Source: Bugula neritina (lineage: Eukaryota; Animalia; Bryozoa). Taken from it: 64,000 nt of DNA. The stretch lies in NCBI GenBank assembly GCA_964035545.1, contig OZ037768.1, forward strand, positions 20,877,700-20,941,699. The letters run 5' to 3'. The notes beneath the pieces were generated by a model. The model was not told the origin of the DNA, searched no databases, and saw only the letters and a list, made by a program, of their open reading frames with translations. Position numbers and translations under genes: made by a program. Below, in pieces: positions 1 to 13,243 of this stretch. Positions within the stretch are counted from its first letter, which is position 1. The number at the start of each line of letters is the position of its first letter.

Positions 1-123
1 AATCTGTATAAAGCTGACAAACATGAAGACAACTCCAGCTTTTATATTCAGTTTCCTATATAATGAGCAATAAAGAGTTGGTTTAGAATTGTCTTCTCTC
101 AACAACTATACGTGAACACTTAC

Positions 124-3100
124 TGGCCAGTTCTGCTCAGTGGGAGTACCCAGACACTGTAGGACTTTACACAACTGTTCAATATCACTGTCTCCCTATA
201 CAGGAACACAATAGTTAACCATATGATACAGTGTAATGAATATTTTTTCTGTAAACAGCTTATATTTGATTAATATACAATGAAAGCTGAAGTATATTAT
301 TGCAAATTACAACAAACAAACCTACTTTGAGGTTAAATAGGTGTTATTATAGTTTAATAATTACATAGTAAATAAAGAAGAATAATATATTATAATAATT
401 ACAATGCATAATTATTATAATTTCAAAATTATTAGTTTTTCACAGTGTGTTAGGAGTACAGTCTAACTTGCTAGAATACATATTATTGAAAAACTAATAA
501 TTAACCAATCATCACGGAATCGCTGTCCAATCGTTGACTATTATAAATTCTTTCATATAATATGACACTAATATAGGATGCTACCAGATTGCATAATTCA
601 TCTGTCTTGCAAATCTTAATTCTATCTACCATTTTAATGCCTTTAAATAACTAAATTGATTTGTATCATGCAACTTGAAACAATTTAACTCATTATATTA
701 GCTAGTTTAGTTAATAAGTTGAATAAATGTGGTAATTAAACCAAATTGTATTTAAATTTATAAAGAAATTATTGAAGATATAGCATTATTTCAAATACAG
801 GAGTGTTTATACGTCATGTACATACAGGAGTGTATAAATACAAGAGTGTATACATACAGGGAAAAGGGGGGAGCTGTTGAGAAGTTCACCAAATATACAG
901 CCAACAGCCCAGAGGTCTACACCTTCATCATACTTCCTGGCACCATACAGAAGTTCAGGAGCTCTGTACCACCTTTGTGACATACATACCACTTTTATAT
1001 ACAGTCATATATAATATATGTACCACCTTTATATACAGTCATATATGTACCACCTTTATATACAGTTATATATATACCAACTTTACATACAGTCATATAC
1101 GTACCACCTTTACATACAGCTATATATGTACCAGCTTTACATACAGTCATATATAATATATGTACCACCTTTATATACAGTTATATATGTACCACCTCTA
1201 TATACAATCATGTAATATATATACCACCTATATACACACAGTCATGAAATGTACATACATTTTTATACATGGTCATATAAATATACTAACTGATGCAATC
1301 ACAATGATTCACTTCATCTTAGTTCAAATACTTAATAATTAAACAAGACCAATAACTATTCCTGCTTTCACAACCCAATAACAAAATGAGTAAACAATTT
1401 TATGTTGACTGGTGGTTCAACAACCAACAATATTCTCACCTGGTGGTTCAATAATCAATAATATTCTCACCTGGTGGTTCAATAACCAATAATATTCTCA
1501 CCTGGTGGTTCAATAACCAATAATATTCTCACCTGGTGGTTTAATAACCAATAATATTCTCACCTGGTGGCAACCTGATGACTGTATAATCTGCCAGAAT
1601 TATTTTGAAAAACTCTTGCCAGTCCAAAGTCAGCTATTTTTAGAACTCCAGTTGGACTGATGAGTAAGTTAGCTGGTTTGAGATCCTGTATAATAATAGA
1701 AGTCATGATGCATAGACAAACTTTACATCTCTTAATTATATAGCATTCTATACATGTTTTTGTTTATAAGTAAACACACCAACAAAAAACTATATACAAA
1801 TTGGGTAGCTTAGAGTATGCTATGGTACTATCTAATGCAAAATTAATTGAATTAAATTTCAATAGACAAATATTATTAACATAACTATAGGTAAATCTGA
1901 CAACTTAAACAAGTTCTGTTCTGTTCATAAAAAACTTGAAGCACATGTTGAAGCAAAATATATAACATTTCACAGCATAGTATGGTATGTATAGTATACA
2001 GTAGTATGTATAATATATTTTTTTAATTATATACTAGAGATAATAATTTACAGTATATTATAGATCAATATAGCAGAATATAAAATATATAATATTCTAT
2101 ACAAAATTTTTAGAATATATAATATATTATAGACAATAATGCATACAGTAGAATATAAATATAATACAAAATTTATAATATATTATAAATAAATCATATA
2201 ATATAATACTGTATTATATTATAGGTAATAAAGTACCCTGTGCATAATGCTGTTGCCATGCATAAATTCAACTCCCTTCAGTAACATGAGCATATAACTC
2301 TTGACTTGGGCTTCAGTGAGCGGTTTTATGGCACTGCGAATCACTTCTGACAAATCGGAGAGCATGTAGTCAAACACCAACACAAAGCCATTGCCGTGAG
2401 GAAACATCTTTCTCAGTCTTACAATCTATAAATAGTACAAACACATGGCTTGATCATGACAAAGAAAATAATTTAGGAAGATGACGGTTTTAGTTGCATT
2501 TTATGAGATTATTTTAAATTAGGATTAATCCGGTAACTTTGAAATTACATAGAAGAGTTAACTGCCTGCCAGGTGACTTGTTGACATGGAGTTATTTATG
2601 CCAGTCAACTTGAACTTATTGGCACAAAATTATATTTGTACTACTGAAAAAATACTGAAAAAACTCGTGCTCTGTTTTCAACTATCATACTGTATAATCA
2701 AAACCTTCAACATTTCACAGTATAACAATCGATGACTTATATACTTCAAGTAACTATAGTAGCAAGTTACTTTTTACATGTATACATATGTCTTTAGTTT
2801 TATGGATATCTGCCTGGGGAGAAATAAAATAAAACAGAAATTATTTTAAGCTTGTACAATATTGAAGGCTATCCATGAACAACCATCCTCCTATTTGAAC
2901 ACACGGGTAGTCAGGATAATGTAACTCCAAAATCGACCTACATAAGGACTGTCACCAATCTCTCTTAAAGCTTGAATTTCTCTTAAAGCTGTGTTTGGAA
3001 TTCCATCTTCTATTTTCCTAAGAGCCACCTTTTTTATAGCAACAATTTCTCCACTCTGTCACAAAACAACCAAAATTAAATTATGATTTTAGCATTTTGT

Positions 3101-3714
3101 GTCAAATGCACCGAAATTTTTCATGCCTCAGAAAATGACTGCCCCATTAATAAAAAGATCTTACAGGCTGCAATAGGACAAATTAGTAACAATAAAATTT
3201 ATAGCTTAAACTAATCACTGATAAATGGAACCCAGTAAAGTGTTTTATTGAAACATATACCATAATTGTTTTGTATGAAAATGAAACTTTCAGACAATAT
3301 AATTTACTGTTGGAAAGTTAATACACGATTAAAATCCAATAAAGCACAAACTAGCAGAAACCAGAAATGACAGACATATCAATATAAAATAAAGAAATAC
3401 TTTGTGTGGATCAATATTTGAAATCTACTCTTGCAATACAGAAGGTATTATTATTGCCAAAAATTGAAAACTGTGGATACATTAAGTAAACACAAGTGAT
3501 TTTGCCTGTTCACTTAACGTCAACTTTCATAAAATTTAAAGGCTAGCAAAGCAAAAGAGTACATACGCTTTCAGTTTATATTTATAGCCAATAAAGACTT
3601 TGAATTTTTTTTATAATTTTGTAGCTATCTTACAAATACCTCAATATTTTTTGCCTTTGAAACGATTCCATGTGCCCCTTCTCCAATTCTTCCAAGAATA
3701 GTATACTGCTCCAT
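124..3714 (-). CDS. CDK20: Cyclin-dependent kinase 20 (CCRK); 3' end runs off the left edge of the window
   Basis: Exons 3714-3640, 3055-2942, 2425-2237, 1685-1564, 972-858, 195-124, all GT-AG and in frame: [102 protein letters not shown]. Collinear with human CDK20 as recalled. Confidence 0.95.
793..860 (-). repeat. Degenerate short tandem duplication of the CDK20 exon-5 donor (CCT|gtat)
   Basis: Minus strand reads TTCCCT|gtatgtatacactcttgtatttatacactcct|gtatgtacatgacgtataaacactcct|gtatttg. Confidence 0.6.
966..1245. repeat. ~27-bp minisatellite (~10 copies) containing the CDK20 exon-5 acceptor junction
   Basis: Unit TGTACCACCTTTATATACAGTCATATA; on the minus strand ...ataaag|GTGGTACA, matching the real acceptor plus first exon bases. 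Confidence 0.9.
1409..1570. repeat. 31-bp minisatellite (5 copies plus partial) containing the CDK20 exon-4 donor junction
   Basis: Unit CTCACCTGGTGGTTCAATAACCAATAATATT; minus strand CCACCAG|GTGAGAATATTATTGG... Confidence 0.95.
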
Positions 3715-4825
3715 TATATATGTGCAACACTACAATATTTACACAATTTCTCTGTAAAACATGCAAAACTGTCCAGTAGCTTAGGTAAATATAATTCATG
3801 AAAAACAAAAACCTGTACAGCCCACCAGAAATAAGCCACTACTCAGAAAGAATCTAAAATTTTCCTTAGTTGCACAAACACAACCATAATAACTAATAAA
3901 TCCCTTTAGTTTAAGAAAGTGAATGTGCTAAATTGACTAAAAAAATAACAAAGTTATGTAACTTTTTACAGACTTAAACTAAAAGAGCATGCTATCAAGT
4001 CTTTGTCTTTGATAAATTTATGCAATATAAACCTATAGGCCTTTTTTAAATTTTATATTAATGGTTAAGTGCAACATCAGTCTATTGCACAGCCTGATGT
4101 AACTTGTATATATTCTCATATTTAAAATGACAAAAGAGCTAATACTATTTCAGTAAGACTAAATGACTAAAAGTATAGGTATAATTAGTCTGCGACCACC
4201 ACTACACCATTATCATTATCACTATTAGTATTAGTATTATTATTGTTAGCATAGAGCAAAATAAAATTTAGGAAAACATATTGTTCATATTTTGTTGGAT
4301 TAATTAATATTATTGAAATATTCATTCAACATAAACATGTGTTGGGAACAAACACTAACACTAACAGATTTCTGACAATCATTTTCGTTTTGACTTCTAC
4401 TTCTAGTTTTAGTAAAAATCAAAATGAATACAAACTGAAATTTTGTACGAATACAGAGTGTGCTTTTTAAACTTAAAATGAACACTAAAACTTGTCAAAA
4501 AATTATATAATAAAGTAGTACAGAAAATAACTGAGTAACTTTGAAAACTGGTGTACTTCGTGAGGTATACAGAATGAGAGGTTGAAAATGAAGGTTACCA
4601 CTCAACATGTCAACAAAAATATGAACCTAGCGATTCCAATATCTTTATTTGCGTCTGTATTAACACAGCTTTTACTTTTAGTTTTACTTTTAGTCGTATC
4701 AGAATTCAGTAAACAAAGAAAAAATGTTTGTGCTCCTAAGGTGACTTCAACTTTCAATCATAAAACTGCTTGTTGGTTATCATTATTTTTATCTCATTTT
4801 ATAACTATTACCTAATACCTATAAT

Positions 4826-5350
4826 GATACCGATACTCACAGTGATACTGATAGTCATACTCATAATCATACTGATACTCATACTCATAGTCATAGTCTT
4901 AGTCTAACTCTAAGTCATAGTGATAGTGATACTGATACTCATACTGATACTGATAGTCAATGTCATAGTAAATCAAAATGAAAATGTAATCCTGACACTG
5001 ATAGTGATAGAGATACTCATACTGATGATCGCACCGAGATTCTGATTGATATTGATACTTAATTGTTTCTCAGTCTTGTACTTATAGTATAAGTATAACT
5101 GTTATAGTTATAGTTATACTTATAGTAAATGTAATAGTTATACTAACATAACACTCATAACAAGATTAAGTTACAGTTACCTATAATTCTTAGTATAACT
5201 ATAAGTATAATGTTAACTTTAACTTCAAGTTTAACTATTTAATTTTATAATGATAATAATAATAATAGTAGTACTATTACTATTAGTATTAGCATTACTA
5301 ATAGTAATAGTAATAATAAATATAATGCTAATACCAATACTAATAGTAAT
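4826..5350. repeat. Hexamer-periodic low-complexity tract (GATACT/GATAGT/CATACT/CATAGT) between the CDK20 and zinc-finger start codons
   Basis: Directly visible 6-bp register with T at every third base. Confidence 0.85.
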
Positions 5351-6010
5351 AGCATCATGATCATTTCAAGTGCATTTGATTTTGCCTCTGGTATCCGTAT
5401 TGGTAATGCATTAAAAATGAAAATACAATGACTGCTTATTTGGGTGATTAATTTAAAGCAGTTTGACTTTTAATGTTGAAATCTTTAATATGAATATTTA
5501 GGACTATGTCAGTAAGACTTATAGTTCCATGGTTACTGATTTAGACTGTTACGAAAAGTTAGCAATATTAGCAGCATCATAATGATAAACAAAGAATATA
5601 CACTTACAGCGCAGCTTTAGACTTAGTATCACATATTGTTCTATAAAGAATTAATATTATATTAATTAATTAATATTAGTTACACTTAGTCTTAAGCTTG
5701 TATCCGTAGTTGAAGTAGACCGGTCTGGTTATATTTATAACAAGTATCCTGAACTAACTTAGCTCTTAGCTAAATACGGTTTTGAGATTGTGTGATTATA
5801 TAATTTAGTTTTAAAATAAATTTTGTGCACGATTCACCTGCTGGTAACATTGTGATTGGCTTACAGGCTCAGTGATTGTGGTAGTAGAGAATTAATACTG
5901 ATTATTGTTAATTTTTGTTGCATGCTATTTTTGGTTGCTTCAGCACACAGGTTAATCATCGGGATAGTTTAAACTTTTGAAAAATAACCCTAAATGTAAA
6001 AGTATTTTAA

Positions 6011-6023
6011 GTTGCCCTGCAAC
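6011..6023. promoter_or_regulatory. X-box-like (RFX) motif in the CDK20/zinc-finger divergent promoter region
   Basis: GTTGCCCTGCAAC, one mismatch to GTTGCC-N-RGCAAC. Candidate 5'UTR donors at 5607 (minus) and 6109 (plus) bracket it. Confidence 0.35.
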
Positions 6024-6287
6024 AGGTTTGCAACAGGCTGTATAAGTTATAACTGCAGGCAATTTCCATTTCATATTTATGGTCTTCACAGCTAATAAAA
6101 TAATTACTGTGAGTATCACATACTTATAATGCTATACTAAAACAATATGAACACTGCTTGTTGGTCTCCGAATTATAAAACACTGAAAAAAGTTGCTATT
6201 TTATTTACTAGATGAACACATGTGTACGAAGGTTTATAACTATTAGAGGGCAGCTCTAAGGTGAAGGAAAAAAGTTCGAGAAAAATT

Positions 6288-9200
6288 ATGCCTACAACGC
6301 GTCTTACTCGCAAGTCTTCCAAGTTCAGTAGTGGAAGGTTAAAGCATGACTCTAAACAACCTTCCTTATTAAGTGAGTTTCATTATTTTCTTCACATGTT
6401 TTACTCAGTAATTTAAGACATGAAAACCTAATTAAAAACTGTTAATGCAGTTTCTGATCACCTGTAATCAAAATAAATAATAATGGTTCACCACCTCTAT
6501 GTTTCTGTTCTTCACACTAACTTGTGCTTTGTGATACACTGCATATGATAGAAAACTTTGTCTGAGAAAAAAGCAAAAGTAGATGGAATCTTTTCACTGT
6601 AGTAAAGTTGATTCCCCAACATTCACTCCATATGATAATACTTGTTTACATGCACTTCAAAGTTAGTAACTGTAAGTAAGGTCTTGTAGGAGCGAGTGAA
6701 GGTCAAACCAAGGTTAGTATGGTTGTCTCTCCTCCCCATTCACCGCCTGCTACTAGGCTTAGAAGACTTGGTGTGAGACAGATAGATGATGACCATGCAA
6801 CGAGCTCTGACATGGACCCTTACACCGATTCTGGGCAGGGGAACGTAACTCCAGTCCTGCAATCTAGTCTGGTATGTTTAGTATCACTATCTTCAATATC
6901 TAGAAAGTGTCATTTTAAAAGTGTCTTTTAAAAAACTAGAACTGTAGTTTAAAGTATTACCATGTCTACAAAATGCATTATTGTCATTTATTTATGAACA
7001 TCTAATGAAATATATTTTAAAGATATTCTGGTTTATAATCTTTTTAGCTGTTCGTTTTTCAGTTATTTGCTTTTATATACATGCATTTGACTAAGTAGTA
7101 TGGTGCATGTATATAAATTGTGGTTTGCAGAATTCCCCCAGTGATAGCCCTGTAGATGGTAGACCACTCAAAAGAATTCACAAACGTTCAAATGTAGGTA
7201 ATTATTGGTGGTGTTATTCAATTATATTAGATAAGTTGTACCTGTAATTTTCTGTTTACTCTGTTAGTACTTACATTAAAAGTATAAAGTAGTAAAAATA
7301 TTGAATTTAGTAAAATTACTTAATTGTTAAATGTTATTATTATATTGCTACTATATGTTATAAATGAAAGGTTGTAGGTGAGGAAATATTGTATGAGTTA
7401 CTTTTTATATTGTATTTGATTATATATTCTTGCACTGTCGGAAATGGACATTAAAAAGTATTGATAGAATCAGCTGAATGTTTGTACACAATTCTCCAAT
7501 ACCTGAAGTCCTTAACCTCCATTTAACACAATATATCTAGTTGACTAGTTTTTTTAAATTTTTAAATAGTATTGTGTGTTTGAAGGCCTTGTACCACATC
7601 AACACTTTTGTTATATTATTAAAAATTTTGTAAAATTAACTGAACAGGTCTATCATATAGATTTGTCTACTAAAAGAATGAATTCTATGATATGGAAGGG
7701 CAAAATCATTATGTCAAGTTTAATAATACTATTTCTTTTTTCCTAAATATAAAGTAAAAAAATGCTTTTAGTTTGAATCAGCAAAAAGAAGGTAGAAGAA
7801 AACTTGTAGAATATTTCTTTCTTTGCAAACAAGTAGTTTACGGATTTTATAGGAAGTGCTTATTAGTGCAATCAACCCGTTGGGTCGTACCAAGGTTCTG
7901 AGCTGTCCAGTATGTCATAAAGTCTTCCTCAGTTTCCACGGCCACGACTTACATCTGGAGAAACACGAAGGAGCCGCCATCAAATGCTGGCACTGTAACC
8001 TCCGGTTTTGCTCAAACAAAAGTCTGGTTCAGCATCAAAGGTTGAATTTTTATAATGCAAAAATATATATAATTTTTAATAAATATGTCAGACATGTTTT
8101 TGCTATACTCGCGGGCCATTTTCTCGTGTGGGAGATAAGAATTTATGTGGTGTAGAGATTCCCCAGTAGCCCTCTTTAGTGTAATGATTAGCCACTAGCT
8201 TGCAAGTTTGAAATCCGAGGTTCATTTCCCAGTTGGGTAAAAGTTTTTGCAATTTCTCAATTTGCTCATGCAAGCTTTAAATGAGTAATAAGGACATGGA
8301 GGTTTTCCACCAATCAACTAGCTTAAATTACTGACTGCAAAATTATTTGTGTTTTGTGGGGAATTAGTTGTATGATTGCATAGATGTGGGAGTCATTTAC
8401 TTTGTGAATTTGTGAAGCAGAATTAATTTGACCACAGAAACTGTAGAGTCAGCAACTTTAAGTCACTTGACGAAATACCAAAGTTCAATTATATAATACT
8501 TTTAGAACTCAAGTATTTGGAAGCTAGACAAAGCTAAGTGCTTCCAATACCAAATTGCAATATTACAATGCGCGTGTTAAACTTATTAAGAACATTGGAG
8601 ATAATTCCAATTTGTTATCCATATTATTCCTTTGGTAAAAACACAAGTTAGGTTGTGAAATCTCAGTGGTACTCGAGCTGACTCTGTAGTACTCGAGACT
8701 TACTTGTGTTTTGTTGGTAAGCATCATCTGTAACCCTTTTTAGACTGCGTCACAATAAGAGAAGACAAGCAGAAGAGATGGCTGGGCGGGGCTTTCATAA
8801 CCTGGTATTTATAGATTTCTCCTGTGATAAATTCCCCGCTATATCACAGCGATACTGCGAGAAGAACTCAGTCCAAGCTGCTTGCCACATTCATGATTAC
8901 TCGTGCTCACAATGTTCCAAGTCCTTTCCTAGTCCAATGTCATTGGAGCTACATGTCAGCAGCTTCCACTATTTTCCTTCTAAGCATATATGCTTGCATT
9001 GTAACCATGACTACAAGACTAAAGCTCAACTCGAAAAGCATAAAAATAGGTATGCCGATAGTTTGACCAAGAAAATCTACCTCACGGATAGCAAGAGACG
9101 TTTTCTGAGGGCATTGGGTTTAATGCCTCTGTGTGCTGCCAGCACTCATGATGCCTGTTTTAGAACCAAACAATCACCTAAGGTGAATACAGACTATTAT

Positions 9201-9299
9201 CACAAGTTGCGGGAGATAGACACGGTCACCCGACTTGCTTATGATGTACATGAAGAACCTGAGCAAGACGATGATGAGTCAGATTCCACAAACTCATAA
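6288..9299 (+). CDS. C2H2 zinc-finger protein, RREB1/hindsight-like N-terminal cluster only (~357 aa, 4 fingers)
   Basis: Exons 6288-6372, 6690-6871, 7131-7193, 7853-8040, 8744-9299 (1074 nt). Fingers CPVC..H..H, CWHC..HQRLRH, CSQC..H..H and a fourth, CLHC..H, lacking the last His. GFHNLVFIDFSCDKFPAISQRYCEKN resembles the RREB1 linker [26 protein letters not shown] (from memory). AATAAA at 9389. Confidence 0.8.
8169..8237 (+). mobile_element. Degenerate tRNA-derived SINE head or tRNA pseudogene (intronic)
   Basis: A-box-like TAGTGTAATGATTAG and B-box-like GGTTCATTTCC at tRNA spacing; cloverleaf not intact. Confidence 0.4.
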
Positions 9300-10099
9300 G
9301 ATGCTGAATGTATTATTGTTCATATTTTATCATTTCCTGTTTATTTTGTTTAAAAATTGCGCATTTGCATTGCCTGATATCTGATTACAATAAAGAAGTT
9401 GCATGAAATTTTTAATTTCTAAAACTTTTAAATGGAGAAACTAGTTTATAAGAAGCCCTCTCCGGATGGCCAATTATGAGGATGAGATGTTTGTATTCAA
9501 CCAGCATAGAGGGAAAATATCCATAATTTCATATTACAAATAATCATAAATAAGAGTGTGATGTGGTGAATATGATACACTGTATTGTATGATATAATAT
9601 ATATGATAACTAATAATTTGTAGACTTAGAATGGCATGTGTAGACAACCCTGTAGTGAAAATATTGACAACTAGAATAATATAAAAATACTAATATAATA
9701 GTCACTGCCAACATTGGCGTGTCAATTGGAACAATCCTGAAGTCAAATATCTGCAATACAAATATTAAGTTACGTATAAATTATTTATCGTGAACACTCA
9801 AGTACAATTAGTGTTAAAAGGAGTAGACAATTTCAAAAATGACACAGACTAACATGACAAATATAAAACAAAGAACAGTAGAATTGAGTTGCCAACGTCC
9901 AACTATATACATATATACAATATCTACAAAACAAGACGCTGTCTACAGCCACTGCATGTTACTGCTACAGCTGAGGCAGTAAAACTGCTTCATATGAATG
10001 TACTGAACATTTAGTCTAAGATTAGCCATTGCACTCTACATATCTTCTTGCCACCAGCCCTATGTCATTTGCCTGCAACAGCTCCGCAGCTACACAACA

Positions 10100-12077
10100 T
10101 CACTGAGGCCGGTCAGGGTTCCGTGCAGCTCTGTACCTTTTCATCTCAACGTCAAACGTCTTACTCAGCTCCAACATCAACAGGCCTTTGAATCGCTACA
10201 ATATATACACAGACTTTACAGTATTCATTATAAAACAGAAAGTCTTGGCTTATGTTCTACTGTATTGAAAACAACTTGCGATCTCCAAAAATTGTCGTGC
10301 GAAGGCAAAATTGAACTTCATCAATATTTTAATCTGAAAAACATCAATTTTTTTAACCCACCACTTCTTTATAATGTGAAAAAGGGTATAATTAAGCAGA
10401 TAATGATAAGAAGACGACGTAGAGGTGTCTACATTTCACAAATGTTGGACAATAAACATTATTTTACTAATTTATCTACCTCATCAAAGTAAGGTCAACA
10501 TAAAATGAATCTAGCCTCAGTAAACCTATCCAAAGTCATTGAGATCTCACAAACTGATGTCTACACAGGGCTTGGTTTCCTCTCACATCGTAGACTTAAC
10601 GTTTCTAATGCACAAATCTACGTCCTATGAGTAATTCAACATTTTCAACAGAAGAAGGTCAAAGGGTCAACATTTATTCAACATAGATACATACATGCAA
10701 GCTTTCACTCTTCCCTTTAACTTCTTCATTTTTCTGCAGCGCTTTCTCCATGCTATGTTTAGTATAGAGTTGAGGATTCTTGCCCTGGTCTATGTAGCTG
10801 TAGATGAAAGCAATAAATTACACATTTATATGAGCACATTGTTGCTTACAGAGGTGTATGAAATATTTATATAAAACCTTACAAAATTTAGCTGCATTTT
10901 ACTAAATGATGTTCAATGAAAATAGTTTGCAAACAGAGGAGAGGCTGAAAAAGATTCTACCCGCTGAGCCTTGCTTCACAAAACAGCTCAAGCTTTAGGA
11001 ATTGAAACAAATGAAAAGGATATGTACAACAAACTTCAGGCCATATTGTAAGCACAGTAAATATGTGTTATATAACAGAGGGAAGGGATTGATATCTGTA
11101 GACCTTGAACAAATTGCTATATAGTCTACATGAGAAAATTCACATTGAAGTTAGCCTTTCAGTTTATGGGAAACAGTGGGGCTGGCCTAAGAGATGAACC
11201 TATTAGAGCTACTAAGCATTTCTCCGTGTATTAATCACATACAGTAATTGCTACCCATCAACTACACTGCAATTTAATTTAGTAAAACAACTGTGTAAAT
11301 TGGAGGATTGCTTGGTGAAATAAGCATAGCAATGCAAATTAGAGTACGGGAAATCACTTGATTATATAATCATGTTATATAACATTTGTTCCACAATGTT
11401 TTCTTCATCATAAAACTAAGCATTCAAACCACTACAGTAAAAAGCAGCATGCGTGAGAAGGTTATGAGTTTATATAACCAGAGAGAGAGAGAGAGGGAGA
11501 GAATAGCACTGCCCAACATGAAAAGTGGTGGTGAAACTCACTCGAATACACCTATGGGAACTTGAATATCTTGAACACAAGTTCGAAGTCCGTCTATCTC
11601 TTGCATTTCTTGTACCAATGAGTTACTAAAGAAGAAATGAAATCAAACATTTGAAACAGTGACATTTGACTTTGAAAACACACAAAAAGCAGCCAAAAAT
11701 ATGTATTACAGTATTGTATAATCATTTTACATTGAATAAAAATAAGATTGTTTTAGCATATGTAAGAATTACATTCACAATTTAATTAAAATAAATATTA
11801 CTGTAAAATTTGCCAACCCAAAAGCTCAATTTACAGACCGTACAATTAAATCATTGTAAAATAGAAAACAGAAATGAAGTTTTAGTTGACATATACTTTT
11901 ACATCCAAGAAAAACATGCCAGAGATAAAAGTTGTGTAGAATGATGTAATCCTACATTTTGTTATTTAAAACATTCTGTCCTTGAGGCTGGAAGTCACTA
12001 GCAATAATTCCCAGTTGACGTGAATGTTCAATAAACATCTCTAGATGCTGCTCAAGCTCTTCTAACTTCTCAGTCAT
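10100..12077 (-). CDS. MED10: Mediator of RNA polymerase II transcription subunit 10 (134 aa)
   Basis: Exons 12077-11956, 11625-11542, 10797-10695, 10195-10100: MTEKLEELEQHLEMFIEHSRQLGIIASDFQP..VPIGVFDYIDQGKNPQLYTKHSMEKALQKNEEVKGK..RFKGLLMLELSKTF. Confidence 0.96.
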
Positions 12078-12389
12078 TTTGCTGAAAATATTAACAACAC
12101 TTTAATTTCAATGTTAACTGATTTTAAGCTGAATTCTCCAGATTAATAAAAACACAAACCTAGATTAAGATTAATTAATAAAAGCTAGATCATTTATCAA
12201 AATTTTAGCTGAAGAGTTCCACATTTTTATAATTTTAGTCAGATTAGGTTTTTTCAACTAATAAGTATAACAGGCTAACAGCATTCACTCTCACCATGAA
12301 TTTTTATATTCTGCCTACACTGACTAATACAATTGTGATATTATGTATAGCAATATGTTTGATGAACTATGAATATTTAAGTTAAACTA

Positions 12390-13200
12390 TTACTATAAGC
12401 ATTAGTACAACTACAAGTATAACTATTAGTATAACTATAAGTATTACTGGTAGCCGATTAATGGCTACTTATACTTATACTAAGAGTAATACTATAACTC
12501 AACTAATAGTAATAGTAATACTATAGAATTGAAATTAAATTATCATTATGATTCTTACACTCAATCTTATTAATATTATCATAATAATACTGACACTAAT
12601 AATCATAATAATATTGATGATGATATTTACCTGTATCCCACTCTTTCTGACGTGAAAAAGTGGGCTGAGGGGAAAAGCCAGTGGTTTATTTAACCCCAAT
12701 AATGTAGCATGAAAACAGTAACACCAAATGTATGACTAATAGAGTTTTAAAAGCATGTACAGAGTTAGCATCAAATTCAATAGTATCCATAGTGATACTG
12801 ATAGTGAAGCTAATGACTCATGATCATGAGTCATTAGTCATGCTTATGCTGATAAACATACTCATAGTGATAGTTGATACTGATAGTCATACTCATAGTC
12901 ATAGTAACTGTAAGTCATAGTGATAGTACTTATTTTATACTCCACTATGGTTGATACTGATAGTCATAATCATAATGATAGTGATCATTTTATAGTCTAC
13001 TATAGTAATACTGATAGTCATACTGATACGCATACTGATGATGATAGCTATACTTATCAATTTGAATATTAGACTTAGTTATTACTATTAGTATTAGTAT
13101 TAGTATTACAATATCAGTGAATACTGAATATGAATATAGATATGTTGATATTTATTATCATTATGATTATGATTATAATTTGTCATTTGATATTAAATTT
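12390..13200. repeat. Hexamer/trimer-periodic low-complexity tract in the putative MED10 5'UTR intron
   Basis: GATACT GATAGT CATACT CATAGT runs very similar to those at 4840-4930. Confidence 0.8.
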
Positions 13201-13243
13201 AATACTCATACTGCATTAGGAAAAAATATTATAGTTATCTTAC

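Noticed and set aside
1018-1342. ORFs MYHLYIQ...
   Set aside because: Translation of the 27-bp minisatellite, antisense to a CDK20 intron.
1570-1590. CDK20 activation loop YSHQV versus human YTHQV
   Set aside because: Conservative phospho-acceptor change, to my knowledge common in invertebrate orthologues.
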